This document shows positions 22,992 to 35,326 of a stretch of DNA of 64,000 nucleotides, piece after piece. The stretch lies in NCBI GenBank assembly GCA_964188305.1, contig OZ076903.1. One strand, 5' to 3'. The translations under genes were made by a program, and so were the position numbers. The stretch is from Podarcis bocagei (Eukaryota). The notes under the pieces are model-generated. The model was not told the origin of the DNA and made no database searches. It was given only the letters and a program-made list of their open reading frames with translations. Position 1 is the stretch's first letter. Each line of letters opens with the position of its first letter.

Positions 22992-23264
22992 CAATGGCAC
23001 CTCGGGTTAAGAACTTAATTCGTTCCAGAGGTCTGTTCTTAACCTGAAACTGTTCTTAACCGGAGATACCACTTTAGCTAATGGGGCCTCCCACTGCCGC
23101 TGTACGATTTCTGTTCTTATCCTGAAGCAAAGTTCTTAACCCGAGGTACTATGTCTGGCTTAGCAAGAGGCCCCATTAGTGAAAGCACGCCTCTAGTTAA
23201 GAACAGTTTCAGGTTAAGAATGGACCTCCGGAATGAATTAAGTTCATAACTAGAGATACCACTG
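22992..23264. mobile_element. Tigger/mariner-like MITE with long inverted arms
   Basis: TA flanks, ~100-bp imperfect inverted arms; paralog at ~49836-50107. Confidence 0.75.
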
Positions 23265-23311
23265 TATTAGCTTTCGCACTTGCTGAAGAATGGAACAGAG
23301 AAGGTGTCTAT

Positions 23312-23745
23312 TGTCAGGGAACTGCCATCGGTGCCAGAGGGAGAGAGCAAGCTGCAGAGGGATTCCAGAGAGCGTCCCGGGATTGGGAGAGGCAGCCCAT
23401 CTTCTGGGGAAGAGAATCAGCGTAGCACCAGTGGAGAAGGGGGGCAGATGGGGGAATCGACGAGGCGGTCCCATGACTCCTTTCCGGGGACCAGCGGGGA
23501 GAGTAAGGGTCCTCCGCTGCCTACGCCCTCCTTGCGCAGAAGGCTTTTGAGCAGAGAGAGTAGGAGGAGACTAGGCGTCAAAGAGCTTCTTTGCTGGAAG
23601 AAGTTTAAGAAACGCCACTGACGGATTCTGCCAGCGTTTGAGACAGCCATGGGTGAGTGGCTGTCCGGACAGAAAAGGTTCACTCAGGCAACCCAGCCAG
23701 GTGTCGGCACCGGCTTGCGCACGAGCAACCCCTAGAACCATTACA
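23312..23745 (+). mobile_element. Solo LTR of a second LTR (probably Gypsy) family (434 bp)
   Basis: TGTCA..TTACA ends, TSD (t/c)ctat; empty sites gtgcctatgttagg at 34921 and 50147. Confidence 0.85.
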
Positions 23746-25254
23746 CCTATGTTAGGATAGAATAATAGTATTCAAACAGGCATGGAGGAGTTTCCTTCCT
23801 GTGTCTGGTCAGCTTGCTCAAGGTCTGAAGTTAGGCTGGTCTGATTACAGCCAGGAGACCCCGAAAGGGAGGGGGAAAGAGGGAAGGGCGAAAAGAAAGG
23901 GCTTATAAAGAAATAAGAATCATCTCCTCACTGCGGCACTTCCATTCCTGTGTTTTTGACGTGTTCTGCCCTCTCTTTTGCTCAGCTGATAAATGAGTTG
24001 GATCTCCTCGGTCTCTGGCTATTATTGATTCTCTGTGCCAAAGACAGCTGAGATTCGAATAATTAAACTTTTAATGAGCAGAAGAACCTCTGCTTCTTAA
24101 TGGTGGCAGAGGAGGGCTACCAATAGGCAAAGTGCTTTTGCACTCAGCATCTCCCTGCCTCCTGCATTCCATATCGGAGTAAAAGCCAGGTACTGAGATG
24201 ATCTGCATGTGAAGTCTGTCCCCCCCCCTGCCCCGGGGGCGGGGGGACTTGAAAGTATAATTACCCTCAATCATCCTTGTTTTCTCCTTCGCGAACGATC
24301 TCCCATTGTCATGATAGCTCTCTCCATTAAGGCAGCCAGAACTGGAAGCCGTGTCTGCAGTGAAATTAATACCTAACTACTTAAATGGAGAATGCCATAG
24401 TGCTTCTTGTAGTGCTTCTAAATTGATAGGAAGGAGCACAGATTTAGAGTAGTTGATTCGCAATCATGCTACCCTGTAGTACATTTCTAACTGCCGCTTA
24501 GGTGGCTAAAGGCTGTTATTGGATTTTGCAAATATAAAAGGGTGCCATCTGCTAACATACACACTTTGTGTACCTCATCCAGCACAATGACACCCTCTGT
24601 AAAAGGTGTCTTTGTAGAGTTGGATGCCTAGTACCTCCATGAACAATGCAAACAGCAATGGCGACAGAGGGCAGCCCTGCTGGGTGTCCCTTAAGAGGTC
24701 GATAACCTGAGTATGAAATCCATTGATTGCTTAAAGAGGTTCAAGAACTTAGAAAACAATGAATGAATTCTAATAAAAATTCTTCTATTGCCCTGCACAA
24801 TTAAACACCTTGCTTTATTTCTTTGAGCAATTAGAACCACTTCCCTCACAAACAGAATAAATTTATGAAATAAATTTGATAGACATCTCTGTTTTCAGAT
24901 AGATTAAAAATAATAATACTGGTGAACAAACATTAATCAAGATAAACAAATCCTAAAGGAATCGTGTATCACTGCTTGTTAAGCCAGATGCAAAGATGAT
25001 ATTTAGCCCCACTGTCGAATTTGCAAAAATGGCAGCAGAATATATGATATTTATTTAGTAATGGAATCTTTCCAGATGTGATTTGCATCTGAACAGAATC
25101 AACAAATGAAAATAGCTGGCTCCCCTCCCTGCAAGTTTCTCTATTCTGGAAAGAAGGCAGAAGTATTCTGCTCCCCACTGGTCATATAAAGAGCAGCATC
25201 AGCATCAGCCTGTGCTAATATTACACATTACACTGGAAGGAACGCTTCTATTTC

Positions 25255-26178
25255 ATGCTCAGAAAGATGCTTACCTTATTTGAATTGTTTGGCTTCATTC
25301 TTCTGGTGATTGAAACCCTCATAGGAATGTTGGGAAATGGATTCATTGCTATCGTGAACTGCATTGACTGGTTTAGAAGCCGAAAACTATCCCCGGCTGA
25401 CATGATCCTCAGTTGTCTTAGCTTGTTCAGATTTGCATTTCATGCCGTTATGATACAGATTGCAATATTCAAACTCTTCTTCGTGGACCCTTTTTTGATG
25501 CTGAAGCTAAACATTTCATCTGATTTCTCATGGCTATTTCTTAATACGGCTAGCCTTTGGTTTGCCGCTTGGCTCAGTGTCTTGTACTGTGTAAAAATTG
25601 CTAACTTCTCCCACCCTGTATTCCTGCAAATGAAGCGGAGATTCCCTGGACTGGTGCCTTGGCTGCTTCTGGGGACTGTGGTCTTCTCTGCAATCACCAC
25701 CACTGTGGCAATAACAGGCAGTATCATTGTGTCTAAATGTAATCCTTTTGAATCACATCTAAGCAATAGCAGTGACTCAGGAATTAACACATCCAATTCC
25801 TGTGAGTTTCTTATCCTACTATATATTTTTCCAAATCTCTTTCCCTTCACGATATTTTTGATCTCATCCATTTTATTGCTAACTTCTCTGTGGAGGCACA
25901 AAAATCTTCTACGAAACAGTGCGAGTGATGTCAGCACAAAAGTTCACCTGAATGCCATCAAAGCCCTGGCTTCTTTCTCCGTTCTCTACGTAACTAACGT
26001 TTTTGTGGGAAATTTGTCAATAGTTTTTTCTCGGATGTTCATTTACGACATTGGAGTGCAGTCCATTTTTTTAAATGTGATTGCTGCATATTCCTCTGGT
26101 CATGCTCTTATCCTGATCTTCATGAGTCCCAAACTGAAACAGGAATCAGTAAAGATGTTACATCAACTAAGTTGCTGA
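25255..26178 (+). CDS. TAS2R: TAS2R copy 4, intact, 307 aa
   Basis: TAS2R motifs; octamer 25081-25088, TATA 25185-25190. Confidence 0.95.
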   Translation: [307 protein letters not shown]

Positions 26179-26724
26179 ATGAAGCACTGAATGAATGAAT
26201 GAACATACGCATGAATTAATGAAGGAAGGAAGGAAGGAAGGAATGCACTATCGTGTCAAGACTGAAGAGCAAGTGTTCTACCCGTATAGGTTCCTTCTTA
26301 GTTCTGTGCTTTACTTTCATATATCCATATTAACTTCCTCCACATTATTTACACAGCATTGTGAGGTGGCTGGTATATGGTTAATCAAATCTCTGAAGAT
26401 GCTGATTTTTTCCGTAATGACTGCAGCTCTTTTCTTGAATGCACAATTCACCTGTATGTTATGTGCCTCAGAGAGAGGAAGCAGCATTGAAATGGGAATG
26501 AGCTGAGACAAAATAAACTGAAAGTAGAGGATCCAGCCTTTCTGGGGAGAATCTTCTGCCTGAAGTAGGAGATAATCGTCTGGGACACTTTCCAATCCTG
26601 TAATTTTAAATGTGGGATCTGCTAAAACCAGACTAACTAGTTAGAATTTTGAAGATTACTTTTGTAGACCTATCGTTTGTTACAATGTTTGCAGGTAGAT
26701 AGCAGAGAATGGCTAAGGAATATA

Positions 26725-26955
26725 CAATGGTACCTTGGGTTAAGAACTTAATTCGTTCTGGAGGTCCGTTCTTAACCTGAAACTGTTCTTAACCTGAGGT
26801 ACGACTTTAGCTAATGGGGCCTCCCGCTGCCACCGCACGATTTCTGTTCTCATCCTGAATCAAAGTTCTTAACCCTAGGTACTATTTCTGGGTTAGCGGA
26901 GTCTGTAACTTGAAACGTCTGTAACCTGAAGCGTCTGTAACCCGAGGTACCACTG
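26725..26955. mobile_element. Tigger/mariner-like MITE
   Basis: TA-CAATGGTACC...GGTACCACTG-TA. Confidence 0.8.
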
Positions 26956-28745
26956 TACAGCTATTGTACCTGAAAACCAGGGACAGGCAGGAATGCGCTT
27001 CACTCACAACTCGTCTGAGTAACTGGCTCTCGCTCCAGCAGGGATGTTGAAGAATGCTGAAGATTACTTTCGTAGACGTATTGTTTGTTACAATGTTTGC
27101 AGGTGGATAGCAGATAATGACTAAGGAATATACAGATATTTTACCTGAAAACCAGGGACTGGCAGGAACGCACATCACTCGCAGCTCGTCTAAGTATCTG
27201 GCTCTTCCTCCGGTATGGACATCTATCTCTGACTGTTATTGATTTTCTGTGCCAAAGGCAGCTGAGATTCGAAAAGCAGAGCCAACAACAGTTTCTTTTT
27301 TAAAATTTGTAAACCATATCTATCATCTAGTTCGCGCCCACTCTGCTTGTTGCTTTAAAATATTAATTTGGCTTCTAGGGGGTTTGCTGAGTCAGTTATG
27401 AAAATAAATATATATATATGAAGAATCCATTTTTAGGCTCCCCCCTCCATATACCGTCTTTTGCATTGAATGAAGTCTTCTTTCTAATTCACATCTTAAC
27501 AACCTTGCAGCTGTTTCAATTCAGCAGTTTGTAAACTTGTCCCGACTCTTCTTGCATCCATCTATACATTAATCCTAATTAAACTTTTAATGAGCAGAAG
27601 AACCTCTGCTTCTTAATGGTGGCAGAGGAGGGTTACCAACAGGCAAAGTGCTTTTGCACTCAGCGCCTCCCTGCCTCCCACATTCCATATCGGAGTGAAA
27701 GGCAGGTACCGAGACAACCTGCAAGTGAGGTCCCTCAATCATCCTTGTTTTCTCCTTCAACAACGATCTCCCATTGTCATGGGTGCTGTCTCCATTAAGG
27801 CAGCCAGAACTGGAAGCCGTATCTGCAGTGAAGTTAATACCTAACTACTTAAATTCTGGCAAGTTATGGCAAGTGGAGAGTTAGCTAGTAACCAGCCTCT
27901 TGTAGTGCTTCTTAATTGATAGGAAGGATCACAGATTTAGAGTAGTTGATTCGCAATTCTGCTACCCTGTGATACATTTCTAACTGCCGCTTAGGTGGCT
28001 AAAGGCTGTTATTGGATTTTGCAAAGATGCAAGGGTGTCATCTGCCAACATACGCACTTTGTGTACCTCATCCTGCACAATGACACACTCTCTAGAAGGC
28101 CTCTTTGTATAGTTGGATGCCTAGTACCTCCATGAACAATGCAAACAGCAATGGCAACAGAGGGCAGCTCTGCTGGGTGTCCCTTAAGAGGTCAAAACCT
28201 GAGCGTCAAATCCATTGATTTCTTAAAGAGGTGCAAGAACTTAGAAAACAATGAATCAATTCTAATAAAAATTCTTCTCTTGGCCTGCACAATTAAACAC
28301 CTTGCTTTATTTCTTTGACCAATTAGAACCACGTCCCTCACAAAGACAATAAATTTATGAAATCATTTGATGTACATCTCTGTTTTCAGATGGATTAAAA
28401 ATAATCATACTGGTGAACAAACATTAATCAAGATAAAACAAACCCTAAAAGAATCATGTATCACTGTTTGTCAAGCCAGATGCAAAGATGATATCTAGCA
28501 CCACTGTTGAATTTGCAAAAATGACAGCAGAATATATGATATAGTTTTAGTAATGGAATCTTCCAGATGTGATTTGCATTTGCACAGAATCAACAAATGA
28601 AAATAGCTCGCTCCCCTCCCTGCAAGTTTCTCTATTCTGGAAAAAAGGCAGAAGTATTCTGCTCCCCACTGGTCATATAAAGAGCAGCATCAGCATCAGC
28701 CTGTGCTAATATTACACATTACACTGGAAGAAACGCTTCTATTTC

Positions 28746-29669
28746 ATGCTCAGAAAGATGCCTACCTTATTTGAATTGTTTGGCTTCGTTCTTCTGGTGA
28801 TTGAAACCCTCACAGGAATGGTGGGAAATGGATTCATTGCTATCGTGAACTGCATTGACTGGTTTAGAAGCCGAAAACTATCCTCAGCTGACATGATCCT
28901 GAGTTGTCTTAGCTTGTTCAGATTTGCATTTCTTGCCACTGTGATACAGACTGCAATAATAAACCTCTTTTTTGTGGACCCTTTTCTGATGCTGAAGATA
29001 AAAATTGCATATGATTCTTCGTGGGTATTTCTTAATACGGCTAGCCTTTGGTTTTCCGCTTGGCTCAGTGTTTTGTACTGTGTGAAAATCGTTAACTTCT
29101 CCCACCCTCTCTTCTTGCAAATGAAGCGGAGATTCCCTGGGCTGGTGCCTTGGTTGCTTCTGGGGACTGTGGTCTTCTCTGCAATCACCACCATTGTGGC
29201 AATAATAGGCAGTAACATTGTATCCAAATGTAATCTACTTGACTCACATCTAAACAATAACAATGACTCAGCAATTAACACGACCAGTTCCTTTAAGTTT
29301 CTTAACCTTCTATATGTTGTTCCAGATTTCTTTCCCTTCACAATATTTTTGATCTCATCCATTTTATTACTAACGTCTCTGTGGAGGCACAAAAATCTTC
29401 TACAAAACAGTGCGAGGGATATCAGCATAGAAGCTCACCTGAATGCCATCAAAGCCCTGGCTTCTTTCTCCATTCTCTACATATCTAACATTTTTGTGGA
29501 AATTTTGTCAATAGTTTTGTTTCGGATGGGCATTTACAACATTGGAGTGCATTTCATTTTTTTAAATGTGCTGGCTGCATATTCCTCTGGTCATGCTCTT
29601 ATCCTGATCTTCATGAGTCCCAAACTGAAACAGGAATCAGTAAAGATGTTACATCAACTAAGTTGCTGA
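28746..29669 (+). CDS. TAS2R: TAS2R copy 5, intact, 307 aa (closest to copy 1)
   Basis: TAS2R motifs; octamer 28572-28579, TATA 28676-28681. Confidence 0.95.
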   Translation: [307 protein letters not shown]

Positions 29670-32600
29670 ATGAAGCACTGAATGAATGAATGAACAAACG
29701 CAGGAAGGAAGGAAGGAAGGAAGGAAGGAAGGAAGGAAGGAAGGAATGCACTATCGTGTCAAGACTGAACAGCAAGTGGTCTACCAATGTAGGTTCCTTC
29801 TTAGTTCTGTGCTTTACTTTCAGATATCCAAATTAACTTCTTCCCCATTATTTGCACAGCATTGTGAGGTGGCTGGTATATGGTTAATCAGAGCTCTGAA
29901 GATGCTGATTTTTTCTTGATGGCTGCAGCTGTTTCCATGAATGGTCAATTCACCTGTATGTTATGTGCCTCAGCAAGAGCAAGCAGCATTGAAATGGGAA
30001 TGAACAGAGACGAAATAAGCTGGAAGTAGAGGATCCAGCATTTTTGCGGAGAATCTTCTGCCTGAAGTAGGAGATAATATTCTGGGACACTTTCCAATTC
30101 TGTAATTTTAAATGTGGGATCTGCTAAAACCAGTCTAACTAGGTAGAATGTTGAAGATTACTTTCGTAGACATATTGTTTGTTACAATGTTTGCAGGTAG
30201 ATAACAGAGTATGACTAAGGAATATACAGATATTGTACCTGAAAACCTGGGACAGGGGGGAACGCACATCACTTGCAGCTCGTCTAAGTACCTGGCTCTC
30301 GCTCCGGTATGGATTGTAGGAGGCAGGGAGGCACTCAGTGCAAAAGCACTTTGCCTGCCGATAATCCTCCCATGCTGCCATTAAGAAACAGAGGTTCTCT
30401 TGTTAATTAGAGCTTAATTTGGACTAATGTACATGCACATGTGAGAAGAGATGAGATCATAAACTGCGGAACTGGACCAGCTGCAAGGTCTTTAAGGTCT
30501 GAACTTGAGAGAAGATGATGTCATTCAGTACAAAAGGCGGTGGGGGGAGGGGAGCCTATGGCTTTTTTATATGAAGTTTTCTTCTATACGTTTATGATTT
30601 GGCAACCCTCCCTTGAATGCTAGTTCAGATTGTATATGTGCAAGTGAGGAGGGATGAAACTGGATTGTAGATATGGAATATAACATTAAATGGAACTGTG
30701 TGTGTGTAAAAAAACAACAAGGAAAAAGGGAGGGAAGCTCAATGTTGCAAGAGGTTTACGATGGAAGCTTACAGCTGACTCTTCCCCAACCTTTCTTATT
30801 TACGGACTGAAATTAATAAGATTTTGGAACGCAGAAATAAAGAAAACCATCAAACCATGAATTCTAGCAAGTGGGGGGCCATCTAAACGATGTAATTTTG
30901 TATTTGAATGATTTGTATTAGTAATTCTGTTATAATTTGGAATTGTTATAATGAGGCTTTTATTGGACTATAATAGAAAAATAATTAAAACTATTATCAA
31001 AAATAAAGAAAAGTCTGGTGTCTGCTCCGTTTCCTGTGAAAGCCTGCTAGTGATGGATAGTCTTAATTCCCATTACAGTGGTACCTCGGGTTACAAATGC
31101 CTCAGGTTACAAACGCTTCAGGTTACAAACTCCACTAACCTGGAAGAGTTACCTTGAGTTGAGAAATCCACTTTCGAGCTAGGGAGGAGGTGGGGTTGCG
31201 GGCTTCACGCCCCTCCCCACATTCGCGGGGGCTGGCTCCACCCCCACGCGATAGCAGGGAATCCTCGGCCACGTCATACCCCGTGCCAACCAATTGGAGG
31301 GCGTGGGGGCGTGGCCTCGCCTACTTAGGTCTGGCGCGGCCGAGGATCGCCCTCTTTCCCGCACCGCAGCTGACCTAGTTTGTATTTGGTTTGTATCTCG
31401 GATTCTGCGGCTTTGTTCCCTGGTCTCTGCTCGGTCTTCTTTCGTTACCTTTAGGCAATACCCTTCTCTGTGCTTGTTGGAAGAGCAAAGCGGGTGGAAA
31501 TGCTGCGGTTGCTGCGGCTCTCCAGCAGTCATCAGGCAGGAGGACCAGGGGTTTCGCCGCGGTGTCAGTCTCTCAATCAGCAGTCCCTCAGAAGGGGGTG
31601 GTTTCAGCAACTTATCCCAAACGCGCAATGCATCTCATAGCGCACATGTGAGAAGGGCCTTTGCGCTGGCGGGGGAGAATGCTGCCTTATCTTATGACAA
31701 AGATTTCCGTAGAAATGCATCACTTTTACCATCCACTCGCTGGGATCTGAGGAACCAGAATTATTGGATGGAACACGTAGGTCCCTAAGTTGAAAAGAAA
31801 TCTCAGGACTCTGCAAAAGCAGGGAAGGCGGAGCCAAAACAGCGTCGGCAATGCTGGGATTTCAACAAGGGGGTCTGTTCCCATCCAGCGTGTAAGTATG
31901 CCCACGAATTTGAAAGGTGCCTCAGTAATCACCCGGCCTCTGCTTGCTTGAAAGGAAAGCAGCCCTTTCGGGGCGGCAGGGGGTACTCACACCAAGGATC
32001 TAGGGGTCCCCCCAGACATCCACAAGGGTCTTCAGGGAACTGCCAGTAATGTGGCCCTCGGGCTAGCGGTTTCACCTATCAAACTACACCCGTTAAAAGC
32101 CCTACTTGATATATACCCCAATGAAACAGCAGCCAAATATCTCTGGGATGGGTTTTCCTCAAGCTTTAGAATCCCGGTCTCTTTCCCACCCAGCCCGTGC
32201 AATCCTCCCAATCAGAAATAAGTTAGAGAAATGCCAGAGATAGCTATAAAGAAAATTCAAAAGGAAATTGCAGCTGGGAGGGTGGCCGTCCCTTCAGCCA
32301 GCCCCCTATCAAAGGGTTACACATATCTCCCCTGGGCATTGTCCCTAAAAAAGCACCTGAGGAGTTCCGCATGATCCATAACATTTCCTACCCAAGGGGT
32401 GGTTCCGTCAACGATGCCATACCACTGGAGCTTTGCTCAGTGAAATATGCTTCATTTGACCAAGCTGTTAAACTGATTCGTAAATTCGGAAAGGGGGCGC
32501 TGCTCGCCAAATGCGATATAGAATCAGCCTTCCGCCTCCTCCCAGTGCACCCTGAGGATTTTCGATGGTTAGCTTTCGATTTGAAGGGTCGTACTTCATT

Positions 32601-32995
32601 GACAAAGCTATGCCCATGGGCTGTTCGGTGGCTTGTGCAGCCTTCGAATCTTTCAGTACATTCCTGGATTGGGCGCTTCAATTTAAAACAGGTACCATCG
32701 GGGTCTCGCATTACCTCAATGACTTTATTCTCGTTGCAGCTATAGAACCCCAGTGCACCAATTTGCTGAGGTCATTTTTCTCCTTACCTGAGGAACTCGG
32801 AGTCCCGTTGGGGGCAGACAAATCCGATGCAGCAGGTTCACTAGAGTTTGGGGTTTATTTCAAGGGTCAGTGGTGCGCTCAGCACTGGCCCCCCGATTGG
32901 CAGGGAAAACCCATCACACGTGACCTCACCTTTTTAGAATTCTTTCCTATTGTAGTGGCAGTTCATTTATGGGGGGAGGTATTTAGTAACCACAA

Positions 32996-33479
32996 GGGAC
33001 GCAGGTGGCGCTGTGGGTAAAACCTCAGCGCCTAGGACTTGCCGATCGCATGGTCGGCGGTTCAAATCCCCGCGGCAGGGTGAGCTCCCGTCATTCGGTC
33101 CCAGCTCCTGCCCACCTAGCAGTTCGAAAGCACCCTTAAGTGCAAGTAGATAAATAGGTACCGCTTTATAGCTGGAAGGTAAACGGTGTTTCCGTGTGCT
33201 GCTCTGGTGCCGGTTCGCCAGAGCAGCTTCGTCACGCTGGCCACGTGACCCGGAAGTGTCTGCGGCTCCCGGGTCACGAGCTCCCGGGTCACTGGCTCCT
33301 GGCCTCTAGAGTGAGATGAGCGCACTAGAGTGAGATGAGCACAGCTTCGTCATGCTGGCCACATGACCCGGAAGTGTCTGCGGACAGCGCTGGCTCCCGG
33401 CCTCTAGAGTGAGATGAGTGCACAACCCTAGAGTCTGTCAAGACTGGCCCGTACGGGCAGGGGTACCTTTACCTTTACC
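32996..33479 (+). mobile_element. Sauria SINE with internal tandem duplications
   Basis: Same site and same mismatched TSD as 5081-5456. Confidence 0.9.
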
Positions 33480-33688
33480 TATTTCGTAACCACAGGGTGT
33501 GCTTTTAGACCGACAATCAGGCAGTAGTATCGGTCCTATCAACACAATCTTCATGCTCCCTAAGGGTCGGTAGCCTCCTACGTTCCTTTGTCCTTCTATG
33601 TCTGGAGCGGAACATCTATTTTTCTGCCAAGTTTGTGCCAGGGGCACTGGAAATCTGATGCTTACAAAACCTATGTTAGAAATAATCA

Positions 33689-34315
33689 ATGACTACTTTC
33701 TCTATACCTGATCATATCTTGTCATTTCATTCCCCTTTAGGAAACACGAGAATTCAGATATGGATTGTGGGCCACAGTATCGTTCATTGGGCTGCTAAGC
33801 GGGCTGTCGTGACTGGCATGGAGCCAGGGCTGGGTTTACCCCAAAACATAGATGTGACTTGGATGGCTAGGAGGGGGATGCGATGGGCCGAATTCATGCC
33901 AATGGTCAGGAACAGAGCCGCGATTGAAGGCCCACCAGACGCCTTAATTACACAGCTTGGGGAGAATGACTTAGCCTATAGAAAAGCTGTAGATTTACAG
34001 TGGAATATATTCAGAGACTTTGAAGGGCTACTTACCTCTTACCCCAGTGTTAGCATTCTGCGGTCATCTTTGTTGGAAAGGCGCACTTGGAGAGATTGTC
34101 GCTCCCCCATTGCAGTGAACAGAGCCCGAAAGTCCCCACAATGTACTGTGGCACATAGAGTGGCAGCTCTGGAGGGCAGGGTCATTAACCACCCCAATAT
34201 CCAGTATGCCAAGGTGGCCCTCTACAGAGATGATGGCGTGCATCTTTCTGATGCTGGAAATGATGTGTGGCTGAATGATATCACTTTAGGGATTAGGGAT
34301 TGGTTACAGGCTTGA
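33689..34315 (+). CDS. Retrotransposon-encoded SGNH/GDSL-like hydrolase, open ORF, 208 aa
   Basis: Blocks I (IVGHS), II (G), III (LGEND), V (DGVH); expression unknown. Confidence 0.7.
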   Translation: MTTFSIPDHILSFHSPLGNTRIQIWIVGHSIVHWAAKRAVVTGMEPGLGLPQNIDVTWMARRGMRWAEFMPMVRNRAAIEGPPDALITQLGENDLAYRKAVDLQWNIFRDFEGLLTSYPSVSILRSSLLERRTWRDCRSPIAVNRARKSPQCTVAHRVAALEGRVINHPNIQYAKVALYRDDGVHLSDAGNDVWLNDITLGIRDWLQA

Positions 34316-35085
34316 GGGTATTGGCGGCGAGCCTGGGCTTGAGTGGCGGTAGGCATTGGTGGGGGTGCAGTCTATTGTTATGCAGATGAAGGGGGAGAGG
34401 GAGCGCCATCACCTTCTCCCAAATAAAGGGTAGTTTGGTAAAGGATTCCAGGGGGTGTGGCCTTGTCCTAAGCCTATGGAGGTGTGGGCCCACGGCACGC
34501 CCCCACGTGGTGACCCCGGGGGAGGTCCTAGTTGAAGTACCTCAGCAGGACTCCTCCCACTGGTGGTTAACCCTCACTGGCCAGGCCGGTTAGTAGTAGG
34601 ACCAATGCCTAAGCCAATACCACTCAATTACTGTAATCAATAAAGTTGTGGCCTAATTTGACCCATTAACTCAAACTCTTGTGTCCTGTGTCTTTATTTC
34701 TATGAGGGGAGGCAGGAACTCATTACGCAACTTTGCCCCAGGATGAGAACGGAAATCGTGTGCCGGCAGCACAGCTGAAGCTAGAGTCCCCAGTAGCAAA
34801 AGCACGCCTCTAGTTAAGAACGGTTTCAGGTTAAGAACGGACCTCCAGAACGAATTAAGTTCGTAACTAGAGGTACCACTGTACCAGCTTTCGTACTTGC
34901 TGAAGAATGGAACAGAGAAGGTGCCTATGTTAGGATAGAATAATAGCACTGAAACAGGCGTTAAGGAGTTTCCTTCCTGTGTCTGGTCAGCCTGCTCAAG
35001 GTCTCTAGTTAGGCTGGTCTGATTACAGCCAGGAGGCCCCGAAAGGGAGGGGAAAAGAGGGAAGGGGGGGGAGAAAAAGCTTATA

Positions 35086-35326
35086 CAGTGGTACCCCGGG
35101 TTACATACGCTTCAGGTTACATATGCTTCAGGTTACAGACTCCTCTAACCCAGAAATAGTGCTTCAGGTTAAGGACTTTGCTTCAGGATGAGAACAGAAA
35201 TCGTGCTCCGGCGGCACGGCAGCAGCAGGAGGCCCCATTAGCTAAAGTGGTGCTTCAGGTTAAGAACAGTTTCAGATTAAGAACGGACCTCCGGAACAAA
35301 TTAAGTACTTAACCCGAGGTACCATG
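35086..35326. mobile_element. Tigger/mariner-like MITE
   Basis: Starts TA-CAGTGGTACC; empty site gcttataaagaaataag at ~23903. Confidence 0.8.

Larger units (their letters stand above)
31166..34730 (+). mobile_element. Ngaro-type YR retrotransposon, copy 2 (segmental duplicate of 3243-7672; ~966 bp incl. almost all YR deleted at 33640)
   Basis: Identical junctions and same nested SINE as copy 1. Confidence 0.9.
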
